Shown here: piece after piece, positions 1 to 7,822 of the stretch | Layout of the letters: each line of letters starts with the position of its first letter | Position numbering within the stretch: position 1 is the first letter of the stretch | From: Pyrodictium delaneyi | GTDB lineage: Archaea; Thermoproteota; Thermoprotei_A; Sulfolobales; Pyrodictiaceae | Assembly (NCBI RefSeq): GCF_001412615.1 | Contig: NZ_CP013011.1 | Coordinates: 390,001-422,000, forward strand | DNA: 32,000 nt | Direction of reading: 5' to 3' | Notes under the pieces: model-generated | Seen by the model: the letters and a program-made list of their open reading frames with translations, nothing else | What the model was told of the DNA's origin: nothing | The model's database searches: none | Made by a program: the position numbers and the translations under genes

Positions 1-175
1 GTAGGCGTCGAGGCGGCGATAAACGAGGGTCCCTAGTGGCTCGATATGATGTGCATCCTGCTAGACATACTAGGCACCGACTACAAGTTGCCAGTGCTTC
101 TCGTGCAATCTCCTCTGCCTCAGAGAGCATTGCTTGTAGGCCGCTTTGCCTAACCCCGGGCATCTTTAACGCCAT
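1..175 (-). CDS. Fe-S cluster-binding oxidoreductase (GlcF/HdrD/DsrK-like), N-terminal part only; the gene runs off the window start
   Basis: My own translation of the reverse strand from ATG at 175 (alternative ATG at 163) gives MALKMPGVRQSGLQAMLSEAEEIAREALATCSRCLVCLAGCTSYRATRDPRLSPPRRL. This contains a CX2CX2CX3C 4Fe-4S ferredoxin motif. The ORF is not in the supplied track because the window edge truncates it. Confidence 0.45.
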   Translation of the reverse strand, partial: MALKMPGVRQSGLQAMLSEAEEIAREALATCSRCLVCLAGCTSYRATRDPRLSPPRRL

Positions 176-294
176 GCTAATAACCCTGGAGGTTGCAGCC
201 TAAAACTAATCTATAGAGTGTATATCGCAAATTTTCAAAATAACACCTATAAAGCCGTTAACTATCACGGCCTCTCGGGAGGGATTAAATAAGG

Positions 295-936
295 ATGGTA
301 ATCGATGAGGCCGCATTACGCGCCGCTATAACCGACGCGCTGCTACGCTCTGCCGGCCTTCCAACTCTAGCCGATGTGAAGAAGATGCTCTCGGAAGCGG
401 AATCAAAAACCACAGTAACTATTGTTACCGACGATTCTAAGTACGGGAAGCACGGAGTCGATGTAGTTAGGAATCTCCTAACAGATTATGACTTTGTGGA
501 AATTAAGGTGCTCGAAAAGTCTAGTTGGCCAGAGGATTTACCTCCACCACTCATAGTTATTGGCGGCAAGCTTGAAGGTAGGCTACTATTCTACGGGGCA
601 CCGGTCGATATACTTTCACCTATGTTCATGCTTGCTGTCGCAGCGTCATGCGGAGCATGGAAGCCTAAGACCTGCAAGGATATTAGTGAAGCAAGAGGCC
701 GAGCAAGACTTTACGTTGTACCGGGTCTACCCTGTGCACGCGCGATATACAACTCTCTGCCCATCGTGTACTGCAGTAATGAGGCCGAGCTGGAAATAGT
801 AAACGTAGAGGCATTCTATACACTCAATAAACCGCTACCAGTAAAGCAAGTCCCCACCTTTGTATCACCAAGCGGCAAGAAGCATTCCTCGACACCTAGA
901 AGCGAGTTTGAGGTGCTCAAGTGGTGGCACAGCTAA
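295..936 (+). CDS. Protein-disulfide-oxidoreductase (PDO)/glutaredoxin-like protein with two thioredoxin-fold units, both CXXC sites lost
   Basis: 213-aa ORF with a TATA-like CCTATAAAG about 45 nt upstream and GGGAGGGA before the ATG. GRLLFYGAPVDILSPMFMLAV resembles the central GIRF-G-P-G-EF segment of archaeal PDOs, and RLYVVPGLPCARAIYNSL resembles the second-unit V-TPTCPYCPRAV segment. Only one Cys is retained (PCAR), and there is no CXXC in unit 1. Confidence 0.45.
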   Translation: MVIDEAALRAAITDALLRSAGLPTLADVKKMLSEAESKTTVTIVTDDSKYGKHGVDVVRNLLTDYDFVEIKVLEKSSWPEDLPPPLIVIGGKLEGRLLFYGAPVDILSPMFMLAVAASCGAWKPKTCKDISEARGRARLYVVPGLPCARAIYNSLPIVYCSNEAELEIVNVEAFYTLNKPLPVKQVPTFVSPSGKKHSSTPRSEFEVLKWWHS

Positions 937-1056
937 GCCTACGTAGATTATCTCTTTTAAATGTCTTATTTCGAATTGCTTGCAATAAACAGTTATAGGT
1001 AGAAGTAAACACCCGTAACATAAACTCACGGGGACCCCGAAAGTACGGCCCTACTG

Positions 1057-1064
1057 GAGGTGAA
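1057..1064 (+). promoter_or_regulatory. Shine-Dalgarno site (GGAGGTGA) for the TusA-like gene
   Basis: Exact GGAGGTGA lies 6 nt upstream of ATG 1071. A similar GAGGTG lies 10 nt upstream of TTG 1953. Confidence 0.55.
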
Positions 1065-1070
1065 CAGTTA

Positions 1071-1316
1071 ATGGCACGTGTAGAAGAGTTAGACCTTACA
1101 AAGCTGACTGCTCTCTGTGGCGACTTTAGTGTCCATGTACTCAGCAAGCTTGAGGGTCTTAAGTCGGGCGAGAGACTCGTGGTAAAGGTTAGGAAAGACG
1201 ACAAAGACCTACTAGAAGCTGCGGTCTCGGCTGTTAGGGATGCAGGTATCGCTAAGCCTGTAGGAGAAGGCGAGGAAGGAGAGATATTCTACGTGATACT
1301 AGAGAAGCAGAGGTGA
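1071..1316 (+). CDS. TusA/SirA-like small sulfur-carrier-fold protein (CPxP replaced by CGDF)
   Basis: 81 aa. LDLTKLTALCGDFSVHVLSKLEGLKSGERLVVKVRKDD matches the TusA pattern LD..GL.CP.P......L..L..GE.L.V..DD. The conserved Cys is present but the flanking prolines are absent. The stop overlaps the next start (GTGA at 1313-1316). Confidence 0.6.
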   Translation: MARVEELDLTKLTALCGDFSVHVLSKLEGLKSGERLVVKVRKDDKDLLEAAVSAVRDAGIAKPVGEGEEGEIFYVILEKQR

Positions 1317-1945
1317 CAGTCTCAATGATTTCTAACACCAGTTTACTTTCTTTCACAACTAATTATGGATTCATTGTACTTCTGATTGCTGCTCTAGCAC
1401 CCTTAGTATATGTCGGTATCTATGGCTCAGCTGGCTACCGGTTTGTCTACAGCACCATTGCCCGGCTTCTAAAGGTGATACCACAAGCATCAATGCTTGA
1501 TCACCCTTCGCCCCTAGTAGGGCTAGCTGCTGCTATACTTCACACGGGCGTCATACTAGCAGTCATCGCTCATCTAGTCCTCTTCGCTGCACAATGGAAT
1601 GGAGGCCTCTACCAGCTAACACCCTCTATAGTGCAGACTGTACTCTACGCGAAGAAGACTGCAGCCATCATGATAGTCTCTTCGGCGTCCATATTAGCTG
1701 CTACCAGGCTCTACACTGGCGTACGCTTCGGTCTATTCAGCTGGAAGCACGCATGCCTCCTCGCTGGAGACTTGCTTCTAATAGCACTCGCTGCTTCCGG
1801 TCTCCTCATAAAGGCTGGCATTAACTACGTGATAGCACACGTAATCCTTGGGTATGTTGCTATAGCGTATTTCCTGATAGCGTTCTTCACCGAACATCGG
1901 CTTTACTCCCGGGTCCTCGCCGAGAAGCGTATACTAGAGGTGTAA
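1313..1945 (+). CDS. NarI/DsrM/HdrE-like polytopic membrane protein, putative di-haem cytochrome b
   Basis: 210 aa with about 5 hydrophobic helices. His77 and His87 are 10 residues apart in one helix, and His176 and His195 are 19 apart. This resembles the NarI haem-ligand pattern (H56/H66 and H187/H205). The gene is translationally coupled to the TusA-like gene. Confidence 0.5.
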   Translation: MTVSMISNTSLLSFTTNYGFIVLLIAALAPLVYVGIYGSAGYRFVYSTIARLLKVIPQASMLDHPSPLVGLAAAILHTGVILAVIAHLVLFAAQWNGGLYQLTPSIVQTVLYAKKTAAIMIVSSASILAATRLYTGVRFGLFSWKHACLLAGDLLLIALAASGLLIKAGINYVIAHVILGYVAIAYFLIAFFTEHRLYSRVLAEKRILEV

Positions 1946-1952
1946 AGCCCCA

Positions 1953-2564
1953 TTGAAACCCAAGACATTAACTATCGCAGCGATAGGTCTTATTGCCGTA
2001 GCTCTGGCTACCTCAGCTCTACTGCTAGAGCACGAGTACATCGGCGGCAGCAGTGTAGAGGCGCCAGTATCTATAAGTGTCGAGAAAGGTAAGCCCGTAG
2101 AGGCGTCCACTATGACTAGTAGCGGGAATGGCCCCGGAGACCGAATCGTTATGATACTAGGCACAGAAAGTTGCCCACATTGCCGCGCCATGATAAGCTT
2201 CTTCAAGGAGAATTTCCCGGGCCGAGCATTCTTCTGCGAGATAGCTAACACTAACTCCACCTGCAGAGCTGCCTTCAGCTTCCTAGTGCGTGGCGGAGTA
2301 ACTATGGGCGTGCCAACTATGGTTGTCTGCGATAAGAGTAGGAGCATTGTTGAAGGGATAATCATCGGCGAGCTAAAGAACGTTACCTGGTGGCAAAAGG
2401 TCTTCGAGAACGGCGTCTCTGGCAGTAACGAAACAGTCATACCTGTATATGCAGGCGAGAAACCTATAGGCACTGTTAAGATAACACAAGGCAACATGAC
2501 TAATCTTTACGACTTACTCTGCAGTGCCACACTAGCCGACGCCCAAAAGTTAGGAAGCCAATAG
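1953..2564 (+). CDS. Membrane-anchored extracytoplasmic thioredoxin/DsbA-like thiol:disulfide oxidoreductase (CPHC active site)
   Basis: TTG start with GAGGTG SD. N-terminal signal-anchor KTLTIAAIGLIAVALATSALLL. Thioredoxin-fold core IVMILGTESCPHCRAMISFF ... GVPTMVV. Confidence 0.75.
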   Translation: MKPKTLTIAAIGLIAVALATSALLLEHEYIGGSSVEAPVSISVEKGKPVEASTMTSSGNGPGDRIVMILGTESCPHCRAMISFFKENFPGRAFFCEIANTNSTCRAAFSFLVRGGVTMGVPTMVVCDKSRSIVEGIIIGELKNVTWWQKVFENGVSGSNETVIPVYAGEKPIGTVKITQGNMTNLYDLLCSATLADAQKLGSQ

Positions 2565-2592
2565 ACATAGACTCTTAGAATGGTGAAAGATC

Positions 2593-3255
2593 TTGACGGG
2601 GATTTTGGCCAAGCTTTTTGGACTAGCTGCATTGGATAGTATAAACCCTTGTACGTTCTACATCTACACAGTCCTGCTTCTCTCAGTCTCAATACGGGAG
2701 AAGAGTAGCCGGGCGGTACTAGCCACGGGTCTAGCATTCATAGCGGGCGTCTACCTTGGCTACTTGGCGCTGGGCCTCGGCATAGCAAGCGCTGTAGCAG
2801 TGCTCCCCACATGGCTTCTCGCACTAGCAGCCGCAGTCTACGGCGTCTACATCATAGTGGCTGGGCTCTACGAGTTACGGGGCAGGAGGCGTCCCGGCCC
2901 CCAGAGGCCTGGTGGGAGACTCGCGCCGAGGGCTCTGCGCACAGCTAGCCGGGTAGGCGCGTTCGGGTTAGGCTTGTTGCTCTCATTTACACTATTGCCA
3001 TGCAGCGGCGGCCCTCTCGTAGCATTCATAGCACTAGCGAGTGCCGAGGGCTATAGTGGCCTTCTAGTACTCCCCTTGTTGCTACTCTACAATCTAGTCT
3101 TCGTGGCCCCACTTATAGCAATAGGACTAGCAGCAGCTGCGGCCTACCGTGTCGAAAGAGTACAGCAAGCCATAGCTCGCGCCGCACCATACGCCTCCAT
3201 AGCAGCTGGACTAGCGCTCATAGCAGTAGCAGTATACATATACATCGCTTACTAA
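2593..3255 (+). CDS. ccdA: CcdA/DsbD-family transmembrane thiol-disulfide electron transporter
   Basis: 220 aa, polytopic. Both family-defining membrane cysteines are present (LDSINPCTFYIY in TM1 and LLPCSGGPLVAF in TM4). TTG start. Confidence 0.8.
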   Translation: MTGILAKLFGLAALDSINPCTFYIYTVLLLSVSIREKSSRAVLATGLAFIAGVYLGYLALGLGIASAVAVLPTWLLALAAAVYGVYIIVAGLYELRGRRRPGPQRPGGRLAPRALRTASRVGAFGLGLLLSFTLLPCSGGPLVAFIALASAEGYSGLLVLPLLLLYNLVFVAPLIAIGLAAAAAYRVERVQQAIARAAPYASIAAGLALIAVAVYIYIAY

Positions 3256-3313
3256 TACATCAATGTATACAAATAGAAGATGCGGCTTTTGTGATTAGGG
3301 TAAAATGGGACAA

Positions 3314-3601
3314 CTAGTATACGACCTTATAGCGGCGGCCTTGTAGCCGCCCTACAAGCGCTTCATACTCCTGCCGACGCAGTACGGTCACTATCTCTAC
3401 AACTCTGCCGCGTGCAGCATACACTACAGCTATTTCATTCGAACCGAGGGCAAGATAGACATCATTCTCCTCGTCATAGACTATCTGCACAGGGTCCTCT
3501 AGAGCCTCTATAACTTCATCTAGGCTGACCCTTCTCTCTTCCATTCTTTCCCGTGCATGTTTCGATACATGTAGACTGTAAAGCGGCGATAGCACCACCA
3601 T
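3314..3601 (-). CDS. DUF4258-family toxin-like protein
   Basis: HVSKHARERMEERRVSLDEVIEAL ... VVEIVTVL matches the DUF4258 signature (H...R..eR.i....v). I place the start at the internal ATG (3601). The track ORF, which runs to 3697, would overlap the SDR gene and adds a non-protein-like N-terminus. Confidence 0.6.
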   Translation of the reverse strand: MVVLSPLYSLHVSKHARERMEERRVSLDEVIEALEDPVQIVYDEENDVYLALGSNEIAVVYAARGRVVEIVTVLRRQEYEALVGRLQGRRYKVVY

Positions 3602-3686
3602 TGTTACCCCTCTACTAGACCTAATATAACCGTAGTAGCAGTTATTGATGGTAAGAGGGAGTCCATAGAGAACAGTACGCTTGCAA

Positions 3687-4547
3687 TTATGCTGCAAAGC
3701 GGCCGGCGTTTATGCTGAGTACGTGGCCAGTTATAGCACGGGAGGCGGGAGTTGCCAGGAAGTAGACCGCCTCTGCAACATCCTCAGGCTGTATTATCAT
3801 GCGGAGAGGGTGTAGCTCTTCTATCTTCTTTCTTTTCTCAGGAGTATCCAGGAACATTTGTACCATATCAGTCTCAACGAAGCTAGGCGCTACTGCGTTG
3901 ACACGTATCCCGTACTTAGCTAGCTCTACTGCGAGGCGACGGGTGAGTCCTATTACGCCAGCCTTTGAGGCCGCATAGACAGCTGAGGCCGCTACATTTC
4001 CTGTTTGCCCCGCTATGCTGGCAAGGTTTACTATGCTGGCCCAGGGCGCCCTCTTAAGCATCGGGAGAAATGTCTTTGTGACCAGGAAGACTCCGGTAAG
4101 ATTGACCCGTATCACGTGTTCCCAGTCCTCAAGGGTTGTCTCCTCGATACCTCCCACGTGGAATACGCCAGCGTTATTGACTAGTACATTGAGGTAGGGC
4201 CACTCTGCCTCAAGGCGGTGGTAGGCTTTTTCCACGCTATCCGGGCTAGACACGTCTAGCTGGAGCACGATAGTCTCTGGGGCGCCTAGACGGCGAGCCC
4301 TTTCCGCAACCTCGAGGGCCTGGTCACGTTTACTATGGTAGGTGATTGCCACCGCGTAGCCTTCAGCAGCGAAGCGGAGCACTATCGCCCTGCCTATGCC
4401 GCGGCTTGCCCCAGTGACGAGCACGTAGCCTGCCGGCTTCCCCTCGCGTTCAGCTTCTACACCAGCTGCGAGTCTAGCATGATTTAGTATCGGTGTCTGG
4501 ACAGCCATACCCTTCCACCAGCCCTTCGTCTCTACAGCTGGCTCCAT
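3687..4547 (-). CDS. Short-chain dehydrogenase/reductase (FabG-like 3-oxoacyl reductase family)
   Basis: VLVTGASRGIGRAI (TGxxxGxG), NNAG, and the catalytic YAASKAG (YxxxK). The true start may be the internal ATG at 4508 (MAVQTP...). Confidence 0.9.
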   Translation of the reverse strand: MEPAVETKGWWKGMAVQTPILNHARLAAGVEAEREGKPAGYVLVTGASRGIGRAIVLRFAAEGYAVAITYHSKRDQALEVAERARRLGAPETIVLQLDVSSPDSVEKAYHRLEAEWPYLNVLVNNAGVFHVGGIEETTLEDWEHVIRVNLTGVFLVTKTFLPMLKRAPWASIVNLASIAGQTGNVAASAVYAASKAGVIGLTRRLAVELAKYGIRVNAVAPSFVETDMVQMFLDTPEKRKKIEELHPLRMIIQPEDVAEAVYFLATPASRAITGHVLSINAGRFAA

Positions 4548-4684
4548 GATGACTGTAGGAGATTCCTCCCGGGACTACTGGGCGTGAAGGTAGAGATAGA
4601 TAAGGGACTATCCATCTCCACAAAGCGTTGGTGCTTCTTTACCGCTAGCCAGGCCCCAGCCCGCAGCTGCGGGGATTAGGAGCA

Positions 4685-5158
4685 TTGAACCGGTCTACCC
4701 ATGTAGCGTTCACGATTGGCTTCACTACTGCTATGCTCTGGGGCCTCAGGGCCAACGTTAGTTCACTCTTAGTAGTAGTTCCGATAGCTGTCGCTGCCAC
4801 ACTTATACCGGACATGGATCTCCGTAAAGCGCATAGGTTGCTCCTCCACAATATATCCGCTGCCGCAATGTTCACTATCCTAGTCTACCTGGCAGCTTCC
4901 AAAAACCTTCCCAACTGGCTAGCCGAGCTAGCAGCCCTAGGCTTCTTGCTAGGCTATGTCAGCCATCTACTGCTGGACATGTTCACTATACGCGGCGTTG
5001 CATTACTCTATCCTCTAAGCCGCCGTTTCTACAGGCTAGCAAGGCTACGGAGCAACGATCCCAGAGCCAACACAGTTCTCAAGATGGCATCAGCGCTCCT
5101 AACAGCATACAGTGTAGCAGCGATGAGCGGCATAATACGAGTCGGTTCTCTGCCCTAA
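4685..5158 (+). CDS. DUF457/YdjM-like membrane-bound metal-dependent hydrolase
   Basis: TTG start. N-terminal STHVAFT, IPDMD, HRLLLHN and SHLLLDMFTIRGVALLYPLS are typical of the YdjM family. 3-4 hydrophobic helices. Confidence 0.7.
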   Translation: MNRSTHVAFTIGFTTAMLWGLRANVSSLLVVVPIAVAATLIPDMDLRKAHRLLLHNISAAAMFTILVYLAASKNLPNWLAELAALGFLLGYVSHLLLDMFTIRGVALLYPLSRRFYRLARLRSNDPRANTVLKMASALLTAYSVAAMSGIIRVGSLP

Positions 5159-5377
5159 AGGGACGCAAGTATGGCGCCTTTATCCTTACTTCAACCTTTC
5201 ATTAGCCCTAGGTTGCCAGCAGACACGGTGCTCCAAACATCGGGGCGCCCAGAGCTATAGGGCGTGGAGAGACCTGAAGGTTCTAACGGAGCCATGTAGG
5301 GATATGAGATGAGTATATGAGAAGTAGGAGCCGAGGAGCAGAACTAGGGCCACATTTTGGACACAAGGAGGTGCTCT

Positions 5378-5382
5378 AAAAA
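5378..5382 (-). terminator. T5 tract about 16 nt downstream of the isp2 stop (archaeal oligo-T terminator candidate)
   Basis: The plus strand reads CTAAAAACG, i.e. TTTTT on the coding (minus) strand immediately after the TAG at 5398-5400. Confidence 0.4.
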
Positions 5383-5397
5383 CGCCTAAAGGACTGG

Positions 5398-6828
5398 CTA
5401 CTCTATGTGTTCGCCAATGTAGGCGGCGATATGCCTTACCTGTATCTTGAGGCCGTATAGCTGCGAGCCTCCAGCGATGGAGTGCATACACACCGGACAC
5501 GCCGTTACTACGATTTCCGCTCCGCTCTTCTTGACGTCGTCTATCTTCCTCTTTACTGCTATCGACCAGTGCTCTGCAGTCTTCTTTATGAACTCAAGCT
5601 CCTTGTCGCTTGCTACTAGGTCCTTGCTCGAGACACCTAGCAGCTTACCCATCTGCTCTAGCATCTCCATGTTCATACAGCCTATACCGCCTCCGCCGCC
5701 ACAACAGTAGCTCTCAGCACCGTGGTGTGGTAGTTTGCGGAAGCCCTTGCTCGCCGCGCTCAGCACGAAGTTTGGCTCCTCGGTTACACCACCACGGCGT
5801 GCTAGCTGGCATGGGTCGTGCCAGGTGACCTTATCGTCGGTCTGGCGCAGCTTTAGCTTGCCCTCTTTGATTAGCTTCTCAAACAGCTCTACTATGTGTA
5901 GCACCCGGTAGCTGGGCCGGCGGCCTAGCGCCTTGGGCATCTGGAACCGTAGCCAGGGGTAGACGAAGCCACCATCAAGGAGTACCACATTCTTAGGTTC
6001 GTACTTGGATATGTCCTCGTCGAGTATCTTTATCATCTCCTTGGCTTGCTTTTGGAGACCTATTACCGCTGCTATTGGCGGACGGAAAGCTAGTGGCTTG
6101 CTTGGCAGTGTCCAGTCCAGCCCAGCCCGGTCTAGCGCCCTCATAGCACCTATTACCGCGTCTGGATAGAACATTGCATCCGCCATGTTTACTAGTAGGA
6201 AGTACTCGGCGCCCTTCTTGTCGAAAGGCAGCGGTTTACCTAGCGCCTGTTCTGCCTTCTTCATTACCTCGTTCCAGATGTACATGAAGCTTGGTATCTC
6301 TAGGAAGAGCTTCTTGCGCTCAATTACATCGAAGACAGCTATTAGTGTAGGCGCACGACCAGTCTTGGTGGCAATACTGCCTAGTATGCCTTTTATTATG
6401 AGGCCGCTGTCTATGCCGAAGGGGCAGGATACATAGCAGGCGCCACAGTTTGTACAGCGATAGACTGCTTCGACAATCTCGTCGAGGTCCTTCTCGCTTT
6501 GAGGCTTCTTGGCGTTGAGCAGTGGGCCTAGTAGCTTACCGAGTATAGTGCCCTCCTTTCTATACATGTAGCGTGCCAGCTCAGCCTTCTCTACAGGCCC
6601 ATACTTCTCGGAGACGTAGTAGTAGGGGCAGGCGGGTGCACATGCTGCACAGCCTACACAGTTCTCAAGGAAGTGTAACTTCACGGAGTCTAGTGCTGAT
6701 AGTGCCTCGGCAAGAGCCTTTTCGAGTTTGTCTGCCGGGAACCCTTCCCATGATATGTTACGTTTGACCTCTTCAAGTAGCTGCTTTACTGCGGGACTTG
6801 GAGCCATCTGTTCCATCTCATCCACCAC
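5398..6828 (-). CDS. isp2: Isp2: HdrD/DsrK/GlpC-like Fe-S protein with CCG domains (hydrogenase-associated)
   Basis: Two 4Fe-4S motifs (CVGCAACAPACP, CTNCGACYVSCP) and cysteine-rich CCG-type motifs (HDPCQLARRGG; ESYCCGGGGGIGC; ACPVCMHS). Its position after hynS-isp1 matches the Thiocapsa-type hynS-isp1-isp2 order. Confidence 0.85.
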   Translation of the reverse strand: MVDEMEQMAPSPAVKQLLEEVKRNISWEGFPADKLEKALAEALSALDSVKLHFLENCVGCAACAPACPYYYVSEKYGPVEKAELARYMYRKEGTILGKLLGPLLNAKKPQSEKDLDEIVEAVYRCTNCGACYVSCPFGIDSGLIIKGILGSIATKTGRAPTLIAVFDVIERKKLFLEIPSFMYIWNEVMKKAEQALGKPLPFDKKGAEYFLLVNMADAMFYPDAVIGAMRALDRAGLDWTLPSKPLAFRPPIAAVIGLQKQAKEMIKILDEDISKYEPKNVVLLDGGFVYPWLRFQMPKALGRRPSYRVLHIVELFEKLIKEGKLKLRQTDDKVTWHDPCQLARRGGVTEEPNFVLSAASKGFRKLPHHGAESYCCGGGGGIGCMNMEMLEQMGKLLGVSSKDLVASDKELEFIKKTAEHWSIAVKRKIDDVKKSGAEIVVTACPVCMHSIAGGSQLYGLKIQVRHIAAYIGEHIE

Positions 6829-6871
6829 CCCTAGTCAAGCGTGACGGGAAGTACCTTGTGAAACTCGGGGG

Positions 6872-7684
6872 TTAGACAAGACCTTTCTGTACACGTAGAT
6901 CGTACCATTCGTGGAGCTTGCCGTACCAGTAGCCAAAGACTATGTGCCAATACTTGCTGAATGGTAGCAGCATTAGTAGTACCTCGGCGCCGAGTATGTG
7001 TAAACCTAGTACTGTTCTATAGGTGCCAACATCCATTGTTACAGTACCAGTAGAGTGGCGAGCAGCCATGTAGCCGGTCAGCAGTATGAATAGTAGCAAG
7101 CCTAGAGAGAAGTAATCACTCCATCTCACATGGCGCAGGCCATGTATTTGCTCCATTACCTTAGTACCTATCTTAAACGCTGTACCGAGTATTGCTAGTA
7201 TAGCTAGTACATCACCATTCAGTACTACTGTTAGCGGCCCCCAGATACTGTCGACAAACTTTACCTCTATTGGTGATGTTATCGTGAGTGTTGATGTTGT
7301 AACACTTAACGGTATCCATAGCCCAGTTTCAGCTATTATCTTGTATGGGCTGAACCAGTAAGCGAAGAACGCCACGTGGTGGGCTAGCAGGAATATTAGC
7401 GGTATCACGCCTACAAGGTGCAGTGCCACCATACCCGCTAGGAAGTCGTGGGGCTTCGTCTTAATGCTGAATATTATCGGGTCTACAAATGTCCTTATCA
7501 ACCCTATAATCCATGCTCCTACGCCACGGTTACGCGGCTCGGCCTTTACCACACGGCGCCAGAAGAGCACCATCTTAGCTATCCTGTAGACTGCGCCGAA
7601 TGCAAATACAGCTATTGCTACCCAGAAGAAGTAGTATACTGCAAAGCTGTAGACATCCGTGACACTACCGCCTAAATATCCCAT
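6872..7684 (-). CDS. isp1: Isp1: NarI/HdrE-like integral membrane b-type cytochrome subunit
   Basis: 270 aa, polytopic, with intramembrane His residues (LHLVGVIPLIFLLAHH; LGLHILG; YWHIVFG). Lies between hynS and the HdrD-like gene. SD GGTGAGGTGAC at 7691-7701. Confidence 0.7.
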   Translation of the reverse strand: MGYLGGSVTDVYSFAVYYFFWVAIAVFAFGAVYRIAKMVLFWRRVVKAEPRNRGVGAWIIGLIRTFVDPIIFSIKTKPHDFLAGMVALHLVGVIPLIFLLAHHVAFFAYWFSPYKIIAETGLWIPLSVTTSTLTITSPIEVKFVDSIWGPLTVVLNGDVLAILAILGTAFKIGTKVMEQIHGLRHVRWSDYFSLGLLLFILLTGYMAARHSTGTVTMDVGTYRTVLGLHILGAEVLLMLLPFSKYWHIVFGYWYGKLHEWYDLRVQKGLV

Positions 7685-7690
7685 TAATTC

Positions 7691-7701
7691 GTCACCTCAC
7701 C
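7691..7701 (-). promoter_or_regulatory. Shine-Dalgarno site for isp1
   Basis: The reverse complement reads GGTGAGGTGAC and ends 6 nt before ATG 7684. Confidence 0.5.
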
Positions 7702-7822
7702 TTCTACTTTTACGTTTCCGGCTAACAGACTACAATGATCGTATACCCTTAGTGTATCAGACCCTTACTATCCCATATTTAGTTACAAAAATTAAGTGTT
7801 CTTAATACGTAATTAATCGTGG

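Noticed and set aside
4547-4553. ATGATGA (C-box-like) sequence, considered as a possible C/D box sRNA.
   Set aside because: No CTGA D or D' box lies at an appropriate distance, and the ATG is explained as overlapping the SDR start region.
5159-5397. The 240-bp gap after isp2 and ORF 5255-5500, considered as a hynL remnant or small RNA.
   Set aside because: I saw nothing resembling a large-subunit motif when translating this gap on the minus strand. I saw no tRNA-like T-loop or stable long stem, and the ORF overlaps the isp2 3' end and looks non-coding. A tblastn check is still suggested in the findings.
7807-7818. Exact 12-mer ACGTAATTAATC just after the hynS stop, repeated at 9463-9474 upstream of hynS. 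Considered as a possible hydrogenase regulator site.
   Set aside because: By a simple birthday estimate, dozens of chance 12-mer matches are expected in 32 kb. Both copies lie in A/T-rich spacers, and neither the flanks nor a palindrome is shared. Worth a genome-wide motif count only.
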